A stretch of DNA of 64,000 nucleotides from Planctomycetales bacterium (GTDB taxonomy: Bacteria > 4484-113). The stretch's first letter is position 1. Each line of letters opens with the position of its first letter. Position numbers and translations under genes: made by a program. The notes under the pieces were generated by a model. It had not been told where the DNA came from. It did no database searches and saw only the letters and a list, made by a program, of their open reading frames with translations. The stretch is taken from assembly GCA_030606285.1 (NCBI GenBank), contig JAUWGS010000001.1, forward strand, positions 176,696-240,695, read 5' to 3'. Positions 18,443-27,015 of this stretch are shown here, in pieces.

Positions 18443-19375
18443 TTAGCCCATCACTCTATATAACACATTCTCGCCACGTCTCTCGGCTACCACAGTGCCT
18501 TCTTCAAGCATATTATTGAGCTGCTTCACTACTTCATTCTCATGAATGCCCAGGCCGGATGCAATGTCCAGCACTGTGCATGGTCGCCGCTTGAGTAGTT
18601 CCAGGATGCTCCCAGTCTGGCTTGCCTTGTCCTCGTGCGTATGGCTTGCGTCAAAAGGAGCAATGACTTCACCGTCGAGCATTGCTGCCAGCTGCTGTAA
18701 TCTCTCTGGAGCGATGCATTCCGCGTATTTCTCTGTCGGCGGTCGTACGACCGTGTTAACCTGTATCCGTTCTGGCCGGATGGTCTCTACGAGATCCGCC
18801 ATAGCAGCGATTTGCTCCGGGCTGTCATTCACACCTCCGACGAGCATCACTTCCAACCAGATTGCGCCTTCATATCTCTTCCTGAAGGTTTGCAGGCCCT
18901 TCAGCATCAGGGCAAAGCTGATGTTCGCATGTGGACGGTTAACTTGTGCAAAAATCTCCGCGCAGCCTGCATCCAGCGAAGGCACAACGAGATCGACGAG
19001 AGCACAGGCTTCAGCAACGCTGTCCAACCACAGGAGAGAACCGTTGGTAATCACTGCAACAGGTATATCCGTGAGTTCTTTAATGCGGGTTATGATTCTC
19101 GCGAGACCAGAGTGAAGCGTTGGTTCACCGGAACCAGACATCGTGATGTAGTCTGCTTCACCGTCCTGTGTAAGCCATTCTGTAACGTCGGCAAGGACTT
19201 CCTCGGTGGGCACGTAGTTCTTGAGTTCAATGGTCTTGGTCGTTGTCGCACCGAGCTGGCAGTAGATGCAGTCATAGGAGCAGGTTTTATAAGGCACCAG
19301 ATCGACGCCGAGAGAAAGGCCTAACCGCCGTGAAGGCACCGGTCCATAAATGTGGGTTTTACGCTGACGAGACAT
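18443..19375 (-). CDS. radical SAM protein with C-terminal winged-helix-like domain (family not resolved)
   Basis: 310 aa. The N-terminus is YGPVPSRRLGLSLGVDL followed by a CxxxCxxC box (CSYDCIYC). The last ~60 aa (…ENEVVKQLNNMLEEGTVVAERRGENVLYRV) look like a wHTH. The stop lies 36 nt upstream of the cytochrome c start. Confidence 0.6.
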   Translation of the reverse strand: MSRQRKTHIYGPVPSRRLGLSLGVDLVPYKTCSYDCIYCQLGATTTKTIELKNYVPTEEVLADVTEWLTQDGEADYITMSGSGEPTLHSGLARIITRIKELTDIPVAVITNGSLLWLDSVAEACALVDLVVPSLDAGCAEIFAQVNRPHANISFALMLKGLQTFRKRYEGAIWLEVMLVGGVNDSPEQIAAMADLVETIRPERIQVNTVVRPPTEKYAECIAPERLQQLAAMLDGEVIAPFDASHTHEDKASQTGSILELLKRRPCTVLDIASGLGIHENEVVKQLNNMLEEGTVVAERRGENVLYRVMG

Positions 19376-19447
19376 ACCCAGCTATTCTTGCATACCTCGA
19401 TTGTAGGAGCCTTAGCTTCATCTTGGACTATAATCGATGCTAATCGG

Positions 19448-20536
19448 ATGCCCCAGTTTTCGCTGAAAGTCGATGGCGAAGAAGCGGTCGTTCCGGCGAA
19501 ATTCACTGAAGGGCTGCACGAAAGCTGCCCGGTGAGAACATTCGTCGGACGAGATCTCGCACGTTACGACCGCATATTCAGCCATTTGGCGTCTGGTGGC
19601 ATTGCAGTAATCTCAGGGCCTGTAACTGCCCTGAACAAACTTTTAGTGTACGTTCAACGTAGAAGTACCGATCTTAAGCCTCGTTCCGAGTCGATTCTCA
19701 GCCAGCTAGTGGTCTTAGCGAGGAATGACAATTGTGAGGGCATTGACCCACCCGTGCGTATCCCGTATTTGCATGAGTTCTGCGGCGAAGCCTCACTGGC
19801 CAAAGACCAAGCTCTCCTCGTGCCGCTTACTGCGTTGCGTAGCCTTCAAGATGCCCTTGCACAGAAGTGGCAGGTGGACGCCCTGGGCACCTGGATTGTG
19901 GCTGGTGATGATGTGATTACACCTAAATCACAAGAGACCACGGGACTTTTCCGGGAGGCGATAGCCGCGCAAAAGCTGTGTCTTCCACGTGGAGCGCAGG
20001 TCCTGGACATGGGCTGCGGCAGCGGAGTGCTCACGCTTCTCGCAGCGGTCTCGCTGGAGGACCTGAAGCCGAAAGTCAATGCAACGGATGTGATGCCGGA
20101 GGCAACTGCCTCCACACGCTTGAATGTGGCACGCTTCGCAGATGAAGGTCTAATCGCGCCTAACACCGTCCAGGTTTTGACTGCGGGGAACCTATTCGAT
20201 CCGGTCGGAGATGCATGTTTTGACCTGATCATCTTCAACGCTCCCTGGGTGGTGGCACCGGTAGGCTCACGTGCCGACATCTCACTTAATGACCCGAAGC
20301 AGAAAACGATTGCACGTTTCTTAGAAGAGATGCCGCGACATCTAGAGCGTGAGGGTAGGTTGGTGCTCGGCTACGCTGACAACAGCGGCCAGGGGGCTGT
20401 GGACCGGGTCCTGGAGATGGCGGAGAACGACGGCCTGCGCGTGCTGAAAGAACGTTCGGTTCGTGTGCAGACGCATCGAAAGAAGCGCAAGTGGCAGCGC
20501 ATATATGTCTGGGAGATGGGGCGCAACGTTGACTAG
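19448..20536 (+). CDS. class I SAM-dependent methyltransferase (MTS/HemK-RsmC-like small domain) with an unassigned N-terminal domain
   Basis: Motif I VLDMGCGSGVLTLLAA and motif IV IIFNAPW (NPPY-like) are present. The ORF opens at 19352, but the first ATG is at 19448 (MPQFSLK…). The 3' end overlaps the convergent Fe-S gene by 4 nt. Confidence 0.6.
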   Translation: MPQFSLKVDGEEAVVPAKFTEGLHESCPVRTFVGRDLARYDRIFSHLASGGIAVISGPVTALNKLLVYVQRRSTDLKPRSESILSQLVVLARNDNCEGIDPPVRIPYLHEFCGEASLAKDQALLVPLTALRSLQDALAQKWQVDALGTWIVAGDDVITPKSQETTGLFREAIAAQKLCLPRGAQVLDMGCGSGVLTLLAAVSLEDLKPKVNATDVMPEATASTRLNVARFADEGLIAPNTVQVLTAGNLFDPVGDACFDLIIFNAPWVVAPVGSRADISLNDPKQKTIARFLEEMPRHLEREGRLVLGYADNSGQGAVDRVLEMAENDGLRVLKERSVRVQTHRKKRKWQRIYVWEMGRNVD

Positions 20537-21882
20537 CCAAGCTCTCCCCAGTGAATTATGGGAATCGGTATCTTCTCACGGATGGCAGTGGCGTTGATGT
20601 GGCCGATGCACCCAGCCGAGCAGGTTAGAGCCAGGTCAATCCCCGCGTCCTGCCAGGCTTTTAGTTTGCGGGCGCTCTGTTCAGCCGCAAACTCAGGATA
20701 ACGCAGGTAGAACATGCCGCCATAGCCGCAGCATCCCTCGACATCTGGGAACTCGTGCATCCTCAAGCCCCATTTCTGTAGCACCGAAATCGCGGTTGTC
20801 TTATCTCCTAAAGCGTATCCTAGTGTGCAGGGATTGTGCCACGCGATGCTCAGGTCAGTCCAGGCCGGATGGATCGGCGGCGCAGGAAGCTCGTTGTATA
20901 GCTCCACGTCGAGCACAGGTTCGGGCAGCCGCGCAAGTTCCTTGTCTGCCAGGATTTCCGAATAGCGTTCCTTCACTGTTTTGTAGCAGGTCGGATTAGT
21001 GAAAAGAACACGGCTGTAAGGAGCGTCCGCGAAGGTCTTAGCGTAACTTCTTGCCATCTTCTCGAATGCCTGCTCATCGCCGGTATTGAGCGCACTGGCT
21101 CCACAGCAGGGGGACTTGAACTCAACATCCACCCGGAATCCCAACGAATTCAGCAGTCTGACGGTGCCTGCGAATGCACTGGGGAAATGGATGTCAGTCA
21201 GGCAATCGAGAAAATAGCCAATTGTGCCGCGCTCAGGCTGGGCAACGTTCTGATGGTTGCGGATGTAGTCGTAGGCGCGTCCTCGCGCGAGCGCTGAAGC
21301 TGGCAGAGGAAATTCCGTTTTGCCCAGGAAAAGAGTGGGGGAACGAGCGCCGAGAGTGGAGATGGGATGATCGCGCGAGCGCTTCGCAAGCGCTGAGCGT
21401 AGCCTGTCGTTGATGCGCACCCGCTTCGCAGCCCACGGTAGTAGTGAGAACGGAAACGCACCCATCTCGGCAAGAAGGCGTGTGTTTCCCCGCTCTGCAA
21501 GTACTGACCGCATCAGCCATCGCATATACCACGGGGGAGGATGCTTGCGAGCGACTTCGAAGCGCATCGCCTCGAATATTGGCACAGTCGCTATCATTGA
21601 CGGACATACTTCAAGACAGCGGTAGCACCTCAAACAGAAGTTCAAGAATTCGTTCAGCTCGCGGCTGTCGCGCCAATCGACTGCGCCGTTGTCTCGCGGA
21701 TCGCCAAAAAGAGAAGGGGGAAGCGAGGAGAAGTCACCTCGCATCGCGCTGGCTAGTAGGATTTTCCCTCTCGCGGCAAAGCCTTCATTACCGGTAGCCT
21801 CGTAGGTCGGACATACGGAATGGCACTTGGCGCAGTAGGCGCAGGATAAAGGGTCAATCCTGTAATCCTTTGTGGAGCGCAC
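20533..21882 (-). CDS. (Fe-S)-binding protein with two CCG domains (GlcF/GlpC/LutA-like)
   Basis: 449 aa. Ferredoxin-type Cys clusters are present (CAYCAKCHSVCP; CLRCYRCLEVCP), followed by two CCG motifs (SPCCGAS…; EGCCGYGG…). Confidence 0.75.
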   Translation of the reverse strand: MRSTKDYRIDPLSCAYCAKCHSVCPTYEATGNEGFAARGKILLASAMRGDFSSLPPSLFGDPRDNGAVDWRDSRELNEFLNFCLRCYRCLEVCPSMIATVPIFEAMRFEVARKHPPPWYMRWLMRSVLAERGNTRLLAEMGAFPFSLLPWAAKRVRINDRLRSALAKRSRDHPISTLGARSPTLFLGKTEFPLPASALARGRAYDYIRNHQNVAQPERGTIGYFLDCLTDIHFPSAFAGTVRLLNSLGFRVDVEFKSPCCGASALNTGDEQAFEKMARSYAKTFADAPYSRVLFTNPTCYKTVKERYSEILADKELARLPEPVLDVELYNELPAPPIHPAWTDLSIAWHNPCTLGYALGDKTTAISVLQKWGLRMHEFPDVEGCCGYGGMFYLRYPEFAAEQSARKLKAWQDAGIDLALTCSAGCIGHINATAIREKIPIPIIHWGELG

Positions 21883-21896
21883 AACACCCGAATATT

Positions 21897-21907
21897 AGCA
21901 CAGTGCT
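21897..21907. promoter_or_regulatory. perfect palindrome AGCACAGTGCT in the LysR/Fe-S divergent intergenic region (candidate LysR-type regulator box)
   Basis: Seen directly. It lies 53 bp upstream of the lysR ATG and ~15 bp from the divergent Fe-S gene start. Confidence 0.35.
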
Positions 21908-21959
21908 GACTGTGTTGCTTCATAGAGCCTATCCGGGTTATGCTAAAATCCTATATATA

Positions 21960-22859
21960 ATGGATGTTCATCAACTGCGCGTATTCGCTTCTGTATTCAA
22001 GAACAGGAGCTTCTCGAAGGCGTCCCGAGAACTGAAGCTCACGCAGCCAACAGTCAGTAATCACGTAATGAGTCTGGAGAAGGAACTCGGCTGTAAGCTC
22101 TTCGATCGAACAGGCCGCAGAGTGATCCCAACAGAAGAGTCGGAAGTGCTCTATCTTCACGCCCTGGACCTGACCGAGAAACTTGATGGGATACCGGATG
22201 CCATCCGAGGTGTAAACCGGGACATAGCAGGCGAGCTTGTCATCGGAGCGAGCACTATCCCAGGGACCTACATCCTCCCGGTAATCGCCGCGGACTTCGT
22301 GAAGCGATATCCTGACGTTTCGTTCGAAATCCGACTTGGGGATACAGAGGAAATAGCCAACCTGGTGCTGAACCACGAAATATTGCTCGGTACCGTCGGC
22401 GCAAAAACCGTTCGCAGTAAGCTCGATTACCAGCCTTTTGTGGAGGATGAACTTGTTCTGGCAGGTTCCCCAAAGCTCATTGATCGCGGCACGGTCTCAT
22501 TGGAGCAGCTTAGTACGGTTCCGTTCCTTCTGAGAGAGGAAGGCTCGGGCACGAGGAGAGTAATGGAGGAGTACCTCGCGAAGAAGGGATTAGGCGTCAA
22601 AGACCTCAACGTAGTGGCAATTCTCGGTTCAACTGACTCCGTAAGAGAGGCCATCAAGGTGGGTCTCGGCGCATCGATTCTGTCGAAATTCGCGCTTGCG
22701 GAAGAACTCACAGCCAGCAGGTTTGAAGTGGCCAGGATAAGAGGTCTCAGAATGAAGCGGAAGTTCTTCGTCATTTCGCACAAAAAGCGGACTCTGCCAA
22801 CGCGCTACCGGCTTTTCGTCGAGGACCTGACGCGGCGGTCCGTGAAGGCTGCGTCCTAG
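21960..22859 (+). CDS. LysR-family transcriptional regulator
   Basis: The N-terminal HTH is LRVFASVFKNRSFSKASRELKLTQPTVSNHVMSLEKELG and a LysR substrate-binding domain follows. Start taken at ATG 21960 (MDVHQL…). An extended -10 TGcTAAAAT at 21941-21949 sits so close to this ATG that the mRNA may be leaderless. Confidence 0.85.
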   Translation: MDVHQLRVFASVFKNRSFSKASRELKLTQPTVSNHVMSLEKELGCKLFDRTGRRVIPTEESEVLYLHALDLTEKLDGIPDAIRGVNRDIAGELVIGASTIPGTYILPVIAADFVKRYPDVSFEIRLGDTEEIANLVLNHEILLGTVGAKTVRSKLDYQPFVEDELVLAGSPKLIDRGTVSLEQLSTVPFLLREEGSGTRRVMEEYLAKKGLGVKDLNVVAILGSTDSVREAIKVGLGASILSKFALAEELTASRFEVARIRGLRMKRKFFVISHKKRTLPTRYRLFVEDLTRRSVKAAS

Positions 22860-22951
22860 TAGTGGCTCCTTAAGTGTTTTAGAGGCGGAATAGCTCCCTA
22901 CACTCCTGTTGGATTGTGAATAGCTTCAGCATATACTATAGACATACACTA

Positions 22952-22981
22952 TTGGACATATTGCGGCTAGCTATTTATAAT
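22952..22981 (+). promoter_or_regulatory. near-consensus sigma70-type promoter (TTGGAC-N18-TATAAT) upstream of the HgdB-like/HgdC-like/mtaB operon
   Basis: Seen directly. TTGGAC is at 22952-22957 and TATAAT at 22976-22981, in an AT-rich patch 33 bp upstream of ATG 23014, which is preceded by GAGGAGG. Confidence 0.55.
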
Positions 22982-23013
22982 GCGTCCCGTTCAATGAAGT
23001 CCCCGAGGAGGCA

Positions 23014-24300
23014 TTGATGGAAGTCAACTATGAACCCATGTGGGAATCGCTGGGACTTGATCTGGCGGCACACGACGAGCTGCTGCGGATTCTTGGCGAA
23101 GGCTATTCGAACATCTTTCTTTCGCAAGAGAATCGCCCTGAAGGTATGAGCTACTTCGATTTTGTGATGAGCGAAGTTCACGGTTTGCGGGTTAAGGAAC
23201 TGATTGACGGGCAAAACGAAGGGCGAAAGGTCATTGGCTCATTTTGCGTCTTCGTGCCGGAAGAGATTGTCCGAGCGGCCGACGCCACATTAGTCGGGCT
23301 GTGCACCGGCGCCGACTTCGCAACTGACGAAGTAGACAAGCTATTGCCGCGTAATACCTGCGCGCTCATCAAGTCAGCTTTCGGTTTCAAGCTGGGGAAG
23401 GTTTGCCCTTACATCGAAGCGGCGGATATGCTCGTGGGGGAAAACACCTGTGACGGGAAGAAGAAGTCCTTTGAAGTTCTGGGTAGGCTTGTGGATAACC
23501 TATATGTGATGGACATTCCACAGATGAAGTCCTCCGAGGGGAGAACGCTTCTCAGGGCTGAGTATGCCCGCTTCAAGGATGCAGTAGAAGAGTTGACAGG
23601 GATCAGTATTGACGGCGCGCGGCTGAAGAGAGGTATCGAGATCACCAACAATAAGCGTCGTGCCGTTCACCGTCTAAACAGCTTTCGGTGCGCTGATCCT
23701 GCGCCCATCTCTGGATTGGATGCTCTTCTCGCCAACCAGGTCTACTTTTACGACGACCCGGTTCGCTTCGCAGACTCCGTCAACAAGATATCTGACGAAT
23801 TGGAGCCGCGTGTTCAGAGTGGAGAGGGTACGTTCCCGAAGGGAACGCCCCGAATCCTGATGTCTGGGTGCCCGATGGCCGTGCCAAACTGGAAGGTTCC
23901 CTGGATAATCGAGACCTCCGGTGCTGTGATTGTGGGTGAGGAGGCCTGTGTCGGAGAGAGGGGAACCCAGAACCTGACGAGTGACGCCGGGAAGACCATT
24001 GAAGAACTCATGGAGAATATTTTAGACCGCTACTTCCAGATAGACTGCGCCGTATTCACTCCGAATCCGGATCGTCAGCAGCACATTGAGGAGATGTACG
24101 AGCGCTACAACGCAGATGGCGTCATTCACTACGGTCTCCAGTTCTGTCAGCCTTACCAGTTCGAGTCCATGAACGTTGAGACTGCTCTTGAGAAGAAGGG
24201 CATTCCTACACTCAGGATTGACACCGACTACAGCATGGAAGATGTTGGGCAGTTGAAAACTCGAATCGAAGCGTTTATTGAGAGGATATCGCAGCTGTAG
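23014..24300 (+). CDS. 2-hydroxyacyl-CoA dehydratase HgdB/BcrC/BadD-family protein, single-subunit (double-cubane-cluster-protein-like)
   Basis: 428 aa. The BcrC/HgdB fold signature includes conserved Cys-containing blocks (…GSFCVFVPEEI…LCTG…; …LMSGCPMAV…; …GEEACVGERG…; …FCQPYQ…). Only one such subunit is encoded, unlike heterodimeric HgdAB-type dehydratases. Confidence 0.7.
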   Translation: MMEVNYEPMWESLGLDLAAHDELLRILGEGYSNIFLSQENRPEGMSYFDFVMSEVHGLRVKELIDGQNEGRKVIGSFCVFVPEEIVRAADATLVGLCTGADFATDEVDKLLPRNTCALIKSAFGFKLGKVCPYIEAADMLVGENTCDGKKKSFEVLGRLVDNLYVMDIPQMKSSEGRTLLRAEYARFKDAVEELTGISIDGARLKRGIEITNNKRRAVHRLNSFRCADPAPISGLDALLANQVYFYDDPVRFADSVNKISDELEPRVQSGEGTFPKGTPRILMSGCPMAVPNWKVPWIIETSGAVIVGEEACVGERGTQNLTSDAGKTIEELMENILDRYFQIDCAVFTPNPDRQQHIEEMYERYNADGVIHYGLQFCQPYQFESMNVETALEKKGIPTLRIDTDYSMEDVGQLKTRIEAFIERISQL

Positions 24301-24311
24301 CGGAATATCAA

Positions 24312-25073
24312 ATGACTTACGTCGGGATAGACATTGGGTCCAGAAGCATCGAACTCGTCGTGCTGAAAGATGGTTGCGTAACCACAAGCCGTCGCGATGA
24401 TACGACCTACGACCCGATGGCGCAGTGCCGGCGGCTACTGGACGGCGTTTCTTATTCCCGCTTGATTGCCACGGGCTACGGGCGTGGGCTTCTCACTGAG
24501 CACTTCCCTGCGACTACGATTACAGAGATCCAGGCTTATGCGCTGGGAGCGCGGAAGCTGTTTCCTGACTGTCGACTTATTCTCGATATCGGCGGGCAGG
24601 ATACAAAGGCGATAGCTCTCTCAGAGCATGGAGATGTCAGAAAGTTTGAGATGAACGACCGATGCGCTGCTGGCACGGGGAAGTTCCTGGAGGTTATGGC
24701 TGCGAGCTTTCAGATCCCGCTTGAGGACTTCGGTGTCTTTGCGCTGGAGGGACGGCCAGGGACTACCATCAGCAGCATGTGCACCGTCTTCGCTGAATCC
24801 GAAGTTACATCACTGATGGCGCGGGGCAATTGTCCAGAGGATGTTGCACTCGCAGTCCACGTCTCCGTCGTTCGCCGGTCAGTTTCTATGCTGAAACGTG
24901 TTTCAGTAGCGGGACCGCTTGTGTTTGCCGGAGGCGTCGCGCTGAACCCGTGCGTTCGTAAGCTGCTTGCCAAAGAGGTTACCTGTGATGTCATAGTGCC
25001 GGATGAGCCAGCGTCGGTTGGGGCGCTGGGCGCAGCGCTCTATGCGATGAGAGTAGCAGGTTCCGAGAACTAG
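24312..25073 (+). CDS. CoA-substrate-specific enzyme activase (BadF/BadG/BcrA/BcrD/HgdC-family ATPase)
   Basis: 253 aa. The ASKHA N-terminus is YVGIDIGSRSIELVVL. The cluster-bridging Cys contexts are present (DRCAAGTGKF; MCTVFAESEV). Confidence 0.8.
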   Translation: MTYVGIDIGSRSIELVVLKDGCVTTSRRDDTTYDPMAQCRRLLDGVSYSRLIATGYGRGLLTEHFPATTITEIQAYALGARKLFPDCRLILDIGGQDTKAIALSEHGDVRKFEMNDRCAAGTGKFLEVMAASFQIPLEDFGVFALEGRPGTTISSMCTVFAESEVTSLMARGNCPEDVALAVHVSVVRRSVSMLKRVSVAGPLVFAGGVALNPCVRKLLAKEVTCDVIVPDEPASVGALGAALYAMRVAGSEN

Positions 25074-25107
25074 CGCCATTCCATCTGCGCTGGGCTACAA
25101 TAGCCCT

Positions 25108-26337
25108 GTGCGCGTGCTCATCAAGACTTTCGGCTGCAAGGTCAACTACGCCGATACAGAAGCACTTGTTTGTGCTCTAGCTAAGTATGGTCATCAGTGC
25201 AGCCACGTATCAAGCGGTTGGAGCAAGGCTGCTCAGCCCGATATCATTATTGTGAACACATGTGCCGTGACGGCGGGCGCAGTGAAGAAAGCGAGACAGT
25301 TTGAGCGACGCTGCCTGCGTGAATTCCCGCAAGCCAGACTCATTGTCACTGGCTGTGCGGCGCGTGAGGAGAGCATAGCCTCTCAGTTTGCATCGCTTGG
25401 CGCTGCGATACTCGGCAATCCCGATTCGATTCCTGATGAGCTGGGGCAGGGTGGGTCACCTGTCTCTATTCCGCCAGACACGCGCACGCGGCGCTTTATC
25501 AAGATACAGGATGGCTGCAACAGTTTCTGTGCTTACTGCATCATCCCTTACGTTCGACCTATGGAGTGCAAACCAGGAGAGCAAGTAATTGCTGAGATCG
25601 CAGAGAACGTGGATGCTGGAACACCAGAGATAGTCCTGTGCGGGATCAACCTGGGCCTATACAGCGATCCTGATAATGGCTACAGTCTCATCCAACTACT
25701 GCAGCGAGTTCTTAAAGCACTCCCGGAGTCATCCAGGCTGCGGTTGTCTTCCATTGAGCCGGAGCACGTGAAAGACGAGTTGCTGGAGCTATTCTCGCAC
25801 CCGCGTCTCTGCCCGCATTTGCACCTTCCACTGCAGTCGGGCAGTGACTCTGTACTAGCAGCGATGCGGCGGAAGTACGATAGCGCATACTACAGGAGCC
25901 TGGTTGGGAAATTCCGGAAGCTACACCCCGCTGCGGCAGTGACAACAGATCTGATGGTCGGTTTCCCGACGGAAACAGAGGATGATTTCGAAGCCACCTG
26001 CGAAATGGTTCGCGCATGCGCATTTGAGCGAGTCCATATCTTCCGGTTCAGCACAAGGCCTGGCACCAGTGCGAGTGACTTGGGGCAACTTCAAAGCGCT
26101 GTTGTCAGCCGGCGGCAGGAAGAGCTCCGGGTATTGTGTCGGCTCGTAACCAGCGAAGCCCTTAGCAGATTCGTTGGTAAGGAGTGTGAGGTCGCTATCG
26201 AGGACAACGCCTGCGGTTACGGTGAAGCCTATCAGCGTGTCTGCCTAAAGCCATACTCTGGTGTAAGCGGGCTGGTCGCTGTGAGTCTCGATGCGCTTGA
26301 AGGAGACGTTTTCAAAGGAACGGCATTGCGCGTGTGA
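25108..26337 (+). CDS. mtaB: MiaB/RimO-family radical SAM methylthiotransferase, MtaB-like (tRNA ms2t6A)
   Basis: 409 aa. The N-terminal MTTase domain is KTFGCKVNYADTEAL and the radical SAM CxxxCxxC is CNSFCAYCIIP. A C-terminal TRAM-like region is present, with no long N-terminal extension. Confidence 0.7.
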   Translation: MRVLIKTFGCKVNYADTEALVCALAKYGHQCSHVSSGWSKAAQPDIIIVNTCAVTAGAVKKARQFERRCLREFPQARLIVTGCAAREESIASQFASLGAAILGNPDSIPDELGQGGSPVSIPPDTRTRRFIKIQDGCNSFCAYCIIPYVRPMECKPGEQVIAEIAENVDAGTPEIVLCGINLGLYSDPDNGYSLIQLLQRVLKALPESSRLRLSSIEPEHVKDELLELFSHPRLCPHLHLPLQSGSDSVLAAMRRKYDSAYYRSLVGKFRKLHPAAAVTTDLMVGFPTETEDDFEATCEMVRACAFERVHIFRFSTRPGTSASDLGQLQSAVVSRRQEELRVLCRLVTSEALSRFVGKECEVAIEDNACGYGEAYQRVCLKPYSGVSGLVAVSLDALEGDVFKGTALRV

Positions 26338-26403
26338 GTACAGGTTTGCTGACTGGGCGTGGTGGTCAAACTCTGCTGAAAATAATAGAGCTGCCCCGAA
26401 GGA

Positions 26404-26453
26404 CCGCTCCACTTCCTTCCCCCATCATAGTTGAAGGAGTGGGCGGTTTTATT
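26404..26453 (+). terminator. probable intrinsic terminator after mtaB (imperfect ~12-bp stem CCGCUCCACUUCC/GAAGGAGUGGGCGG, then UUUUAUUU)
   Basis: Seen directly. It overlaps the 3' end of the convergent gamma-subunit gene and may serve both strands. Confidence 0.5.
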
Positions 26454-27012
26454 TAGCAGCGGCCTTGAGTTGAGCTTCCGCCGCCTTCTTGCCTTCGTGA
26501 TATGCCTTGAGGTTCATTTCGAGCATATCCTTGTGGTGCGCGGGAAGGGCCCAATCTATGCCCTTCTCCATGTTCGCGTCGTCAATTACCTCGCGCGTCG
26601 CTGCGAAAGCTCCCAGAGCTGCAACGGAGGCAAGTACTGGGTGTCCGACCTCCGTAGCGATGTCCGCAGTGGGAATATAGACTACCGATAGGTCGTCGCG
26701 CTCACTGCGTTGCGGCGATAGGTTCGTGTTTACGACCAAAACCCCACCGGGTGCCATCAAAGGTTCGAACTTGTCGAAGCTGGGTGCGTTCATGACGATA
26801 ACGCCGTTGGGATGATGGGTGTGAGGGCTGCCAATGATCTCGTCGCTGATGACCACGTTGCAGTTAGCGGTACCTCCGCGACTTTCCGGCCCATAGCTGG
26901 GAATCCAGGCTGTGTAGAAGTCCTGGATCATTCCAGCGTAAGCGATGATCTGGCCGATGGTCATAATGCCTTGACCGCCAAAACCAGCGAAAACATATTC
27001 TTCCAGTAACAT
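26449..27012 (-). CDS. 2-oxoacid:ferredoxin oxidoreductase, gamma subunit
   Basis: 187 aa. The N-terminus FAGFGGQGIMTIGQI is typical of POR/KOR/VOR gamma subunits. Confidence 0.85.
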   Translation of the reverse strand: MLLEEYVFAGFGGQGIMTIGQIIAYAGMIQDFYTAWIPSYGPESRGGTANCNVVISDEIIGSPHTHHPNGVIVMNAPSFDKFEPLMAPGGVLVVNTNLSPQRSERDDLSVVYIPTADIATEVGHPVLASVAALGAFAATREVIDDANMEKGIDWALPAHHKDMLEMNLKAYHEGKKAAEAQLKAAAK

Positions 27013-27015
27013 CGT

